Part shown: piece by piece, positions 37,921 through 50,500 of the stretch
How positions within the stretch are numbered: the first letter of the stretch is position 1
How the letters are laid out: the number at the start of each line of letters is the position of its first letter
Origin: Mytilus edulis
Taxonomy: Eukaryota
Length of the DNA: 64,000 nt
Assembly: GCF_963676685.1 (NCBI RefSeq)
Contig: NC_092344.1
Location: 120,280,001 to 120,344,000 of the forward strand
Direction: 5' to 3'
Notes under the pieces: generated by a model
What the model saw: the letters and a program-made list of their open reading frames with translations, nothing else
The model's database searches: none
What the model was told of the DNA's origin: nothing
Program-made: the position numbers and the translations under genes

Positions 37921-39171
37921 ATGGAAGCTGCATCAACAGCTTGTGATGGCTGCGAAAAGGATGAAAAGGTAGAATCATTTTGCGTCAATTGTGAGCAGCT
38001 TTATTGCCCTGAGTGCACCGCTTATCATATGAAATGTAAAGCGACACGTTCCCACGTCTTATTAGATGCATCACATCTTGATACAGATATAACTCACGCT
38101 TCAACTGATGTCCAGTGTGGCAATGAATGCGGAGAGCAGGCAGTAGTTCTTTGTCTAGACTGTAAACAGTTACTTTGTGACAACTGTACACAGAAACATG
38201 CAAGGCTTAAAGCAACCAAAGAACATTATGCAATAACCGCGAAACAACTCGCGAGAGACGAAACAGCATCTTTAACTTCCTTTGGTGCTTACTCTGAAAG
38301 AACTTCTATAGTTTCACGTCCAAAGGAACTAGTGCATGCACAGGTTCAAGTTGAGAAAGGTCCACACTCGGGTATATTTGCACATGAGTTCATGAGTTCC
38401 GCTCCAGGAGACAAAGAAGTAACAAGAGTTCGTGGAATAGTAATTCTTTCCGATGGCAGAATTATTGTTGCCGATTATAAAAATCGGAGTTTGAAATTAT
38501 ATAGCAGTGAATTGAAATTTGAAATGGCAAAGGATATAAAAGAGGATCCAAGAGGAATGGCTGCTTCTGCTAACGATTTTGTAGTAGTCACTATTGCTGA
38601 TAAAAAGGAAATAAAAATATATAAAGTCGAACATAATAAGATACGTACTCACAAAACGATTAAAGTGAAAGAAAAACCTTACAGTATTGGTTATAATAAA
38701 GACCACTTTGCTGTTGAACACGGTGAGGGAGAAGATGGCACAATTCGTATTTATGATCAAAACATTAGAGAAATGTGTGTCATACCGGGTAATACCAGAC
38801 ACTTTGGACAATTCACTGGCAATACAATACGCCTTGCCTTAGATTATACAAAACAGGTCATATTTGTAATCGATATAGTAAAGGAGTCGGTTCACTGTGT
38901 CGATTTTAAAGGTGGTCTGATCTGGACAGTGAAAGTCGGAAGTCCTAGAGGAATTGTGTTCCACAACAATATTCTGTTTGTTGCCAGCAGTACAGAAAAC
39001 AAGATAATCCAGATGAATGCTGTCGATGGATTAGTTTACTCTATGTTAGACGAAGACAATAGAATTAAGCGTCCTCGTTACATTTCCTACAATCCTGATT
39101 TGAGGAAACTTGCTGTTGAAATCGACGGCAACCATATAAAGCTTTACAACATTATCAAATGTGACAAATGA
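37921..39171 (+). CDS. TRIM-like protein B: two B-box zinc fingers plus NHL-like beta-propeller (416 aa, single coding exon)
   Basis: Clear paralogue of 32990-34252 (shared DKEVTRVRGI, VADYKNRSLKL, GEGEDG, FGQFTGNTIRLALD, EIDGNH); ATG lies 2 nt after a T-rich ctgtag acceptor (37918). Confidence 0.92.
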   Translation: MEAASTACDGCEKDEKVESFCVNCEQLYCPECTAYHMKCKATRSHVLLDASHLDTDITHASTDVQCGNECGEQAVVLCLDCKQLLCDNCTQKHARLKATKEHYAITAKQLARDETASLTSFGAYSERTSIVSRPKELVHAQVQVEKGPHSGIFAHEFMSSAPGDKEVTRVRGIVILSDGRIIVADYKNRSLKLYSSELKFEMAKDIKEDPRGMAASANDFVVVTIADKKEIKIYKVEHNKIRTHKTIKVKEKPYSIGYNKDHFAVEHGEGEDGTIRIYDQNIREMCVIPGNTRHFGQFTGNTIRLALDYTKQVIFVIDIVKESVHCVDFKGGLIWTVKVGSPRGIVFHNNILFVASSTENKIIQMNAVDGLVYSMLDEDNRIKRPRYISYNPDLRKLAVEIDGNHIKLYNIIKCDK

Positions 39172-40826
39172 AATGTGCAAGTCTTTCAATATTTTGAAAT
39201 GTTAGTTTGATAACTATTAACTAGCTGCTTTGTTTGCAATCAACTACATACATCATGACAAAACTTAAACAATACTCAAAGATACAAGGATTATCATTTA
39301 ATTATGCAAGACGCACGGTTTGTCTAAACAAGAGTCATTTGTCACTCTTGAATTGAAACAGCTGCAAGGCAACACCAATAACGAAGTTGGAGCGCATTGA
39401 AAACCTAAAACTATAGTTTATTATGTAATTTATAAGTCAGAAAAAGGATTTTTTTTGGTAAAAATACAACTGAAATACAAGCATGTCGTATAGCTTGAAC
39501 TATTTTACGCTTTACTTTTTCAGTATAATTGACGTTAGAGATTTTTGTTCAGGCATTTTACATTATTTTCAACATTTTAATCATGTGTTACTTATTGAAT
39601 TCTTCCAGTTAAAGATAAATTCTCTATAGAAATCGTACTGCCTGCCACAATTTATATCTAGTCTGTATTTTCTGTATGTTGTCAATTTTAGGGATTACAT
39701 TTATATAAAGGTAAGAAATTTTCATATATTACGGTTCAATTCGATTTGTGTATATTTTTAACCTAAAATTCAACCTATGTAGTTAATATTGATAAGTTCT
39801 TAGATGACTTCGTGACTGAAGTGTAAAATATACCTGAAGGAAACCCCTCTGATGTGTGTTTGTATGGGTATTTTGGCGGATCCGGTATGGTTGTTGCCAA
39901 TTTTCTTGCAAGAACCTTAAACTTTCAATGTAATAGTAATGGAAATGTCTTTGTGATTTTTTTACCGATGAGAGCTGTTGTATTTTGAATGGAAGAAAAA
40001 CGCTAGAAAAGAATACACTTATGTATCAGCTCGCGGGTTAATTGTCTCTGATTACTACGTCACATTATCTTCGCTCCCTTCCTCTCTACCCTTGACAGAT
40101 TAAGCCAACAATAGTGATAACAATGTTGCCCCAAATATTGGTTGATCAAAGTCACGCTCATTCCAAATACATTATTCTTGACCAAAGGTAGCACTTGAAC
40201 TCTCTCCAGAGTGGAGATGAAAATACGGTAGCGTTTGGTTTAAAAAACTGGGTGAAGCAGGAATCGAAAATGTACGTTGACATTCCAACATTTGTGCAAG
40301 AAACAACTTACACAAGAACTTCTATTAGTTGATTGAGAACATTTAAATTATCACTAAATATCGTCGTATGTTTGGGGGGATAAAAACGTTATGCTTAATC
40401 AACAAGCTGAAATGTTTCGCCTCCTTTAATAACTATTGATATTATGTTGATGGTCCTAAATATAAAGCTTTACAAATTACAATTATCACGCAAACTCAAC
40501 ATGTACACACAAACTTTCATGCACTTAATATAGTTGAACTATTGCTTATAGTTTATAAGAAACAGATTTATCCAAGAAAACTTAACATTGATCAATTAAC
40601 CCTAAAAATGAAGTCAAGGTCAGATGACCCATGCCAGACAGACATGTACAACTTACAACTATACCATACAACAAATACATTTGACCTCGTGCTTAAAGTT
40701 AGTAAAAACTTGTCAAAACACAAAAACTTAACACACAGCAATGACCCGTAAAAATAACGTCAATTTCAAATAAAACCTCGGAGACTGACATGTACATCAT
40801 AAATTATTTCCATACACAAAACATAG

Positions 40827-41261
40827 AATCATATTCAAAACTGTAGCTGTGGCCATTGATTGACGACCTTAATTTATCCCATTGACAGGGGCAGATTATG
40901 TGAACGTTTGTCTGTAACGACCGCTGCTCACTGTGTACTTGTTAAAGACACTTAAACTGTGGGGTCACAAAAGGTTCTCAACACCCAAATAAAGTAATTA
41001 GAAAAACTAATCAGGAATAACACGATGTTTTGATTTGTATCAGTAATATAAATCAAAACATAGTTATTCCTGATTAATTTTTCGAATTATTTTAATATTA
41101 AAGGCGTTAAGAACCTTTGGTGACCAACAGCTTAAATTCTATAATAAGTAAGTAGTGAGCAGTGGTCGTTATAGACAAACGTTCACATAATCTGCCCAGG
41201 TCAATGGGATAATTTAAGGTCGTCAATTAATGGCCACAGCTACACTGTTTTGAATATGATT
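40827..41261. mobile_element. Foldback/MITE: 435-bp imperfect palindrome
   Basis: aatcatattcaaaac...tgtagctgtggccatt...gcagattatgtgaacgtttgtct is mirrored by agacaaacgttcacataatctgc...aatggccacagctaca...gttttgaatatgatt; centre ~41043. Confidence 0.9.
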
Positions 41262-41344
41262 ATAATTGATCTATTGCATATAGTACTGGAAAGAAAGAAA
41301 AAAACTCCTCAACTTTGACCACTGAACTATTAAAATGAGATAAA

Positions 41345-42235
41345 TCAGATGACACCTATCAATAAATGTACACCTTACAATCATTTAATACATCAAATAG
41401 TGTAAACCTAAGAACAACAGACTAAAACACAAAAACTATAACCACTGAACGATGAAAATAAGGTCATGGTTAAATGACACCTGCCAGTTGGACATGTACA
41501 CCTTACAATCCTTCCATACATCAAATAGTGTAAACCTATTGCATACAGTATAAGAACAACAGACCAAAACACAAAAACTATAACCACTGAACGATGAAAA
41601 TTAGGTCATGGTTAGATGACACCTGCCAGTTGGACATGTATACCTTACAATCCTTCCATACATCAAATAGTGTAAACCTATTGCATACAGTATAAGAACA
41701 ACAGACCAAAACACAAAAAATATAACCACTGAACGATGAAAATTAGGTCATGGTTAGATGACACCTGCCAGTTGGACATGTACACCTTACAATCCTTCCA
41801 TACATCAAATAGTGTAAACCTATTGCATACAGTATAAGAACAACAGACCAAAACACAAAAACTATAACCACTGAACGATGAAAATAAGGTCATGGTTAGA
41901 TGACACCTGTCAGTTGGACTTGTACACCTTACAATCCTTCCATACATCAAATAGTGTAAACCTATTGCATACAGTATAAGAACAACAGACCAAAACACAA
42001 AAAATATAACCACTGAACGATGAAAATTAGGTCATGGTTAGATGACACCTGCCAGTTGGACATGTACACCTTACAATCCTTCCATACATCAAATAGTGTA
42101 AACCTATTGCATACAGTATAAGAACAACAGACCAAAACACAAAAACTATAACCACTGAACGATGAAAATAAGGTCATGGTTAGATGACACCTGCCAGTTG
42201 GACATGTACAACCTACAATCCTTCCATACACCAAG
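41345..42235. repeat. 142-bp tandem repeat, ~6 copies
   Basis: accactgaacgatgaaaa at 41441, 41583, 41725 and onward. Confidence 0.95.
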
Positions 42236-43371
42236 TATACAAGTCCTATTGCTTAAAGTACCTGAGATATTGACTTGAGCAACAAACCTTAACCTTGTTC
42301 ACTGATCCACGAAATGAGGTCGAGGTCAAGTGAAAACTGTCTGATGGGCATAAGGATCCTCCAAGGTATGCACATACCAAATATAGTTATCCAATCATAA
42401 TAAGACAAATTAACATCACAAAAATTCTTAACTTTTTTTTCAAGTAGTCACTGTTCCATAAATAATGAAGTCAAGGACAATCGAAATATGACAAATGGAG
42501 ACTTTGTAACACAAGGCTTCTATATATATATACAAAGTATGAATCATCAAGGCCTTCACCTCTTTAAATATAAAGCTTTTAAGAAGTTAGTTAACACCGC
42601 CAAATCAAAATTCCTATGTCGACCTTTCTGCGACTTAAATCGCAGGCTCAACAAAATAATTTTCAATGTTCAGTGGACCGTGAAATTGGGGGTCAAAACT
42701 TTAATTTTGTATTCAAATTAAAAAGGTCATACAAAAGGGAACATTTCAACTCCGTTTCAAGTTCAGACTTCAACTTCATCAAAAATTACCATGACTAAAT
42801 TTTAGTCTGAAGCGAAACATACAGAGGGAAGAACGGACAGACAAACGAACGGACACACAAACACCGTAAAACATAATGACTCTAGCTAGGGCATAAAAAT
42901 ACATTGGTTTTGCGCATGACGAGTTTAAGTGTGTTTATCATGATATACAAAATATGATTATAAGTACAGTGCATACTTTTTTAAATGCAAGCATCATAAT
43001 GTTTATTTTAGCAGATGCTGTACTGTGAGAAAGATTGATTATCAAATAAAATAGATGTGGTGTACTGAAATCATACGGTCCTCCTACCAAGTGATCGTTC
43101 AATAACTTTTAACACGGCATTTATACTATTTAACTCACACTTTCACCTAAAAGCTTCAAGACAAATCAAATACTGTTGTATTGACTGTTCAAACATTTTT
43201 ATATTTCAAATACAAAATAGATTAAATTCAAATACCTATTTCAAAATATGTCCAAGTTTATTATCTCATAAACTTTGAATGTTACAAAATTAGTTCACTG
43301 AAAAAATAATGAAAAAGATGTTCATGAGGATGAGTTAATCTATTCTTTCTAAAAACGTTCATAGCGATGAG

Positions 43372-43596
43372 TTAATCTATTCTTTCGAAGAATCCTGCTT
43401 CCTTTAACAACTCGTCTCTCACTTCTGTCAGTATTTTTCCCAGTAGATTTTTTCCATTCCATGTTTCCTGGTTTAGAGCCTCTGGGTCATCTGATCGAAG
43501 TCCTATTCCCCAAATCTTATCATTTTTACTGGCCAATATCAAAGTCTTTGGGTATGTCTTAATCAGGTGTTCTTTTAACTCCTTATTCTGGGAATA
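43372..43596 (-). CDS. NADAR-domain protein 2, coding exon 3
   Basis: tttttacag acceptor; YSQNKELKEHLIKTYPKTLILASKNDKIWGIGLRSDDPEALNQETWNGKNLLGKILTEVRDELLKEAGFFERID-stop (absent from the ORF track). Confidence 0.9.
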   Translation of the reverse strand, partial: YSQNKELKEHLIKTYPKTLILASKNDKIWGIGLRSDDPEALNQETWNGKNLLGKILTEVRDELLKEAGFFERID

Positions 43597-45769
43597 CTGT
43601 AAAAATAATTAAGTACAATTCATATTTATGAAATTATTACAAATTGGTATGCTAGTACTACAGTATTCAATTTTGTTTTTGTTGCTTCCTTGAAATATTC
43701 AAAGTCATCTAAACACAGCTACTTCAATGTTCCCATGTAAGTGTGCTTTTTTAGTGATGTTCGTGGGTTCGACCCCAGTCAGGTCTAAACAAAGACTTAA
43801 AAAGACGAGTGTGGGGCTCCTATGCTCAGCAATCACTCGATATCAGGTTAATTTTTCCGTTTATGACCAGTTAAATTGTAATAAATGGACAGTAAGTAGA
43901 TCTCACCAATGGAACATTTTTCTATTCATTGCTGTTTTCAAATAATAGTCGAAACTCGCTCATCGGACACATTTTTAAAACTATATACCCTAATTTAAAA
44001 GCTCAGTAGTTTGATTGAAGCTTTTTGTAAGTTTCCGGACGACGCTGTGAGAAACGCTCACTTGATTCTTTTGGCCAGGTGAGCTAAACGTCTACATGCT
44101 GTCCAAATTGTTTTGAATGATTCTAATCTAATTAGGAAATTAACCCTTTTGTAGTTTGTTTGCCTATATACTGTTTATATGTCACCTCGAGTTTACTTTT
44201 AGGTCATTGAGTTCAGTCAAATATTTTTCATCATGAGAAGGAAGTTTTCCATGCATTTTTTAACTGCAGTTGTCGTTTATACACTTGAAAACTTAAAAAG
44301 CTTCCCCAATCAAAACTTCCTTACCAGCTAAATGATATAAGTGTCATACATAATGTACAAACACTTGCGCCATCCAAAAGCTAAGAATATTCTTTTCGGA
44401 ATCATGTGGTGTAAATTACCATGTTTATTACACACCTTTGAACTGTAAACAAGCTAAGTATTTAGACAAGATTTTTAGAAAGCTTAAACAGATTGAAGAC
44501 AGACTGATGGTAGATACCAAATAAAATAAATGCGGTGCAAACACCGGCGTGATGGACCTATGATCTATGACCTATTAAATCAATATGAATGCGTAATACT
44601 TACTACATTTTAGAAGAAGACAAGCCTGACTCTGGTGTTGTTTTCGTATTACCACTACAACTAGCGACATAAAAATGCAGAAAAAAACTCTTAAAAGTAT
44701 TTCTTTCATGGTTACAGTGATAAGTTTTTATATTCTGACAACGACAATAGAGACGGACATATGTCGGATGAAAACTGCAGATCAAAAGTCATCTGTAAAC
44801 AAGACATGGATTAGCCAGTTCATTCCCCATCTGATTTATTAATTTTGTTGTAGATCTTGACATCCTTAGCATATCTTTTATGTCACATTTCCATTATCTA
44901 TAACAGCTTTTAAGATGTTAGACAACACTTGCATTTACTTCTGTGTTCTATTTTCAGCAATGTCGACCAGGTTAGTTAAAAGGAGGGATAATATGATGTA
45001 AATTTCCAATTTGAGAACCCAATTGTGATGGTGGCCAACTTTTATTCCATTTGTCCGAGTAGTTTCAGAGATTATTTTCAAATCAACGGACGACGACAGA
45101 CGATGGATACAGATAAAACTGTGGCTTTGGACCAGGTGAGCTAAACAGGAGCCATGTTAGAAGACATCACACAGATATTATTTCAGCAGATCGTCAGAAA
45201 GCTGACACATCATTCAAAATCAAGAAAACAAATTGTACAATTGTGTCCAGAGCTATTTGATTAGTACCGGACTCAAGCGTTCAATTTCCAAATGCACTTA
45301 ACTTCTCAACCACCTGTGTGGTGATAGTGCCACTTACAACAACTATTTAGAGTCTGAAGATGATGGAATCGAAATGACAAATGTAAAACAATTCAAATGG
45401 CCTGATTTATGTATTATGTATAAAAGAATAAAAGAATAAACAGCTGCACCATGAGCCTACGATACACTCGTCACTATTTCAACGAATAAAGTTCCACAAC
45501 TTCTATGTCATCGAAAACTGGAAAATCGCCCCCCCCCCCCCCCCCCACCCTCTTCCTTTTTTTAATGAAAATAATCCCATAACTCGGACACGTGAAATCT
45601 AAAAATATGATTTTTTAAGGAAGCTTACGTCAATAGATATAAACAATTCCCCAGTTTCATGGTAATTGATTAAAGCGATTTTGATTTATTGTGAGTCATG
45701 TTGACGACGGATGGACACAGGTAAACCATAATACGTCCTGTAAACGAACGTATTAAAACGTAGGGAATC

Positions 45770-46575
45770 TTATAATGTCTGACTACCCTCTTTATACATC
45801 TTCACGTACAGTATTCTAAACATTTCTGAAATAAATTGCCTTACAAATGGTGACATCCTTTATTTTCTTTCCATGTAGGGAATTCCAATATATCTGGAAT
45901 ACTTTATCTTGGCCATGGTGGTCGCTCTTAACTATTTCCTCAAATGTAGAATCCAACAAAATACCTTAGCAAAGGTGGCATTCTTCATTATTTCATCACG
46001 TGCAAAATCTACAACCTCGAATTAATTTACCTTACACATGGTGGCGCACTTTACTATAGGTCTGCGCGCGTAGAATCCCACAACCTCAGGAATAATTTTC
46101 CATACAATGATGGCGCTCTTTACTATAGGTCTGCAGTACAGAAGCCCAGGCCATGTTGGCGCTCTTTACCATTTCTTCACGTACAGAAGCCAACAACTTC
46201 TGGAATAACTTACCGTGACTTTTTTGGTGTTCTTTTCAGTTTTTTTTATGCAGAATGCAACAGGTGTGCAGGTACAGAACCCCACAACTCTTAAATAACT
46301 TACATTGGCAATGCATGATTGTGGCGTTCTTTACTATAGGCCTTCATGTACAGAGACCCACAACTCCTGGAATAATTCATCGTGGCAATGGAGGCGCTCT
46401 TTATCATTACCTCACGTGCAGAAGCTCACAGCTTTTGGAATAACTTACCTTAGACATAGTGGCGCTCTTTACTATTTTTTCAATTACAGAGTCCCACAAC
46501 TTGTAGAAATACTCACCTTGGCCATGGTGGCGCTCTTCACAATTTCCTCACGTACAGAATCCCATAACTTCTGAT
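45770..46575 (-). repeat. Degenerate ~68-bp tandem array derived from the 3' end of NADAR2 exon 2 plus splice donor (~11 units)
   Basis: Exon-end equivalents at 46517, 46449, 46381, 46304, 46214, 46031, 45965, 45908 and 45840; recurring ggcgctctttacta and gtacagaa.cccacaac. Confidence 0.85.
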
Positions 46576-46668
46576 CAAACTTTGGAATTAACCTTCCAAG
46601 TCTTTTCTGTTCTGCAGGATTCTTTTCTGACATTATTGCTTCAGATATCCAGTCACATTTTAGTATTT
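46517..46668 (-). CDS. NADAR-domain protein 2, coding exon 2
   Basis: ttttgttttag acceptor and GTGAGT donor; (K)ILKCDWISEAIMSEKNPAEQKRLGRLIPKFDQKLWDSVREEIVKSATMAK. Confidence 0.9.
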
Positions 46669-46847
46669 CTAAAACAAAAGTTTATATTGTTCATTATTTT
46701 TCTTTTTTTCAGAAGCCAATCAATCGATGTTTTTTTTCAAAAATGACTTTGTCAAGGAGGCAACCAGAGCAACAGCATAGGTTTAAAAATTTCGAACCAT
46801 TCATTCAGCTTGAGCCAAATCATGTCAGACAGTTCACATATTGGTAT

Positions 46848-47011
46848 CAGTGGCGGATCTAGAACTTTTCCTAAAGGGGGGGGGGGGGGGGGGGGGGGCG
46901 CTGACTGACCTAAGATGGGCCCTCTCCAGTCATGCTCCAATGATTCCCTGTATAATCAACCAAATTTTTTCACGAAAGGGGAGCCTGCCCCCCCCCCTGT
47001 ATCCGCCTATG
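46848..47011. mobile_element. Short MITE-like element with poly-G/poly-C tracts
   Basis: Imperfect inverted ends cagtggcggatctag and ctgtatccgcctatg; no clear TSD. Confidence 0.5.
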
Positions 47012-47187
47012 GACCATATCAAATACAATCATTCGTTTACCTTCTACTAGTAATAACATGGCCTATAAGAAGTATAAAGTATATCAATATTCATAAGAAT
47101 ATAAGAATATAAATGGGATAGCTGCAGGAAAAATTAATGGAATACATTCAATTGTTATAAACCAAGGACGAAAATTCACATACTTAC

Positions 47188-47533
47188 TGGCTTTTCTAAA
47201 CATCATGTATTGTTCTGCACAATTAAATTTGCGACCATCAACTGAGAACTCTGATGGATACCATTGACTAAATGGCGAACTTTGTCTAAAGAAATACACA
47301 AAGCTATCTGTTTCTTTGTGCCCAAAGTCCCCACGTGGTTTGTTCATGACTGATTTGTGTCCACTTCCTGTACGTTTATTGTAAGTTGGTGAAGAACTCC
47401 ATCGGTCCCAGTCTCTGTATCCCCAGTTCATATTAGAGTAACCCCAGTTACCATAACAACCAGGAAACATATACGCGTTATATCCACCAGTCTGGAGTCT
47501 GTTATTACGTCGTTTGTCTGTATATGCCGTCAT
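47188..47533 (-). CDS. NADAR-domain protein 2, coding exon 1 (spliced product 240 aa)
   Basis: ATG directly after a tttgcag acceptor; FVYFFRQSSPFSQWYPSEFSVDGRKFNCAEQYMMFRKA; GTAAGT donor at 47187; probable 5' UTR exon ending at 47598 (GTAAGT). Confidence 0.9.
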
Positions 47534-50500
47534 CTGCAAATTAAAGTATTTTATACTAATAAATTATATAAGATTTTAGATTGAAAGAACGACTTACCGT
47601 TTAGTCTGAGAGGAGACATTACGTCTTATGTTCTGTGTAGGGTGATAGACACTATTCACACTTGCAACAATTAACTGAATAGGCCGTAGCTATCCCTTAT
47701 TGAAAGCAATTTTTCGACATGTAACATGCATTTCAAAGAGGGAGACGAGAGCAACGTATAATTAATTTTTTAAACATAGATAAAGGCCGGGAAATAAGAA
47801 AGTCGTCAGGTAAAATGGTAGTGTTTAAGAATAGAGGAGAAATGTTTTATAGCAATGGTTAAGCTTCTGACCGACCCTCAAAAAATTGTTGCAAGGATTT
47901 TAAAGACATGAAAAAAGAGGGGGACTCAATTTGCCCCTCTCCGACAGGACTTAACTATTTACAAAATCTGAGACTACTATAACACATGTGTCATAGACAA
48001 AATGGAAAGTAAGACATTTATCATGCATCCCATACACCTACTTAAATGACTATCACTTCGACCCTTTATCAGTTTATGGAAACGTTCACTAGACCATATT
48101 TGTATATCCAAGTCAAAATTCGTGGTCTCTTGCTGGTGTTACAGTGTACATGATATATCAAATTGTTTGATTGATTGCCATTGACCAATAGTCCAGATTG
48201 GTTTGCTCTTTTACCATCAATATTTTAATTGCAAGGCGACTCCGTTTTTAATATTACTTCAGATGTCATGTTTTCGGATTCTTGATATACGTCTTTATAG
48301 TAGCTACGATTTGGTCAAAATTTTAAAGCTGCTAAAATAAAAGATAATTATGAACTAAAAATAAGCAATAACATCGCTAGAATGTTTTCATAAACTACAG
48401 AAGTGTTTAAAATTGATAATTCATATCGTCATACGCAACTATTATCAGCACTCGCAGTGCGCATGCGCTAAATTTGATCGCAATCGATATCGATAAATTT
48501 ACTATAGATTATTAAAGGAAATATTGAATTTTGGTTAGCTGACAGTAAACAAAAATAAATATCTTTTTCATTGGCATCACATTAGAAAATACATTTTCTT
48601 AGCTTTCTAATGACATATTTTATAATTGAATCGGGATAGCAGAAGTTACGGCCATTTTCATTTTAAAAAAAGTGGTTCATTCCCTATTACTTCATACAAT
48701 TCAAAATCAAAAATGTTTGCAAAGGAGTTTTCATATATGATTACATCTTTCACTATTTTTAGAAATAAATTCATTGGCATAAATATATATTCTTTGCTTT
48801 ATAATCTTTCCAATGATATATATTTGATATTTTAGAAAATTTAATGAATCGGGGCCTTTTTTATCCAAAACTGGAGTTATTGTCATTGTTTGAAGATTGC
48901 GAGAAAAATTCTAAGTCCATGGAAGTATTATATTGATATAGTACTTCCATGGTCCTACCAAGTAAATTGCTCGATCACAAGTCACAAAACAAAGTTTAAT
49001 CTATTTGCATATAAAATATTTATACATTTAATACAAAGTTTTATATCATGAATTTAAAAATTCAGTAAATAAAGTAAAAGAAGTGTAACTTTTAATTTAA
49101 AAGAATTTCTTTTGTCCAGCCGTCAGTTTTCTTTATTTTTGATAATATAAAATCTTTCACTACTACATTAACTCAGACTTTTGGATGTTTTTCGTGAAGC
49201 GTATTAAAAAAATTGAAATCCCATCTAAAATGATTTTTTTTTGTTGCAATTTTTTTACATATCTTTTTAAAAGTTTTTTTTTAAATAATTAGGCGGCCGT
49301 AACTAAACAATTTTGATACTTAAACATGCTCATCTGATTTACATAGAAGTAATAGATACATATTTTATATATATTATTTTCATGTTCTAAAAAGACCAAT
49401 TAGTTTTGAAGAAACAGGAAAAGTGTCATTATCTTAAATTTTTCAGATGCAGTAACACTTTCAGAAGATCATTTGTAGTAGATGGATTTGGAATGAAATC
49501 TTAAACGTCAAATTTTCTTTCATCAATTTTATATATATATATATATATATAATTAATTTTAATTTGTCTCTCTCCTTTTAGAAGTTTCTATCGGGAAATA
49601 TATTTAATTTTATACTTGAACATTTATGTAAAATTTGTATTAAAAAGGAAACTTATTTTAATTTTTGTATTGTTAAGGTAAAGTTTACGGAGAGCTGTCT
49701 CATTGGAACTCATACCAACTCATCCCCGGAAATCTTCTTGCATTTATATTGTACATGTATTTGCAGATTTTTTTATTTTTTTCATTTATCGAATGAATGA
49801 GATAGTTGGAATCGTTAAAATTTAGTATTGTACATGCTAACAGATGCCTGCGACCCCTGTTGTTTCGATTAGCATGTTTTCTAAAGATATCCGTGTGAAG
49901 TTCACAAATTTCATCATTCATTTGATCACCTGTTGTGAATTTCAGATAACACTGTCAAGTTCAGTCAGTTCCGTGGTTTAAACTTTCCTATACATATCAG
50001 TAATATTATTTTCTGGGTAGGGTATTCCCCCCCCCCTTTTTTATATATTATACTCGGAACATTATTGTAAACACTTTTTCTGCGGGACTTTCTTTACGGT
50101 TTTAGGAAAATTTGAGAATATCAGTATATAAATTCATTAGTATGTGCTTCGATTGGCTTATATCTATATAAAAAAAAGTAATCTAAGACTATATCATTAT
50201 TGTAAGTGAGAGACCTTTCCATCCATCAACGAACATGTGAAGCGTGCATAAATATTGTTGAAACTGAGAAATATGTATTGGTATACTGTCCATTCTAAGA
50301 TCACCCGCAAACTGATCTTTTATAGAAAAACTTTGTCACTTCGGAACATCCAAACTTTAAAAAAACAATCCAATTTGAAAAATTGTCTATTGTTTTATAG
50401 GTAGGCAGTGAATGTGATAGAAGTGCCAAAATCTGCAATCTTATTTTACATAGAAGACGCTGCTTTTCAAATCGTTAAACAGTTTGTCTTAACTGAAGAC

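Larger units (their letters stand above)
40401..42656 (-). mobile_element. HINE-type element with internal tandem repeats and a nested foldback
   Basis: Begins acaag; core repeats related to the 142-bp unit on both sides of the array; ends with hairpin ctgcgacttaaatcgcag followed by ctcaacaaaa. Confidence 0.55.
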
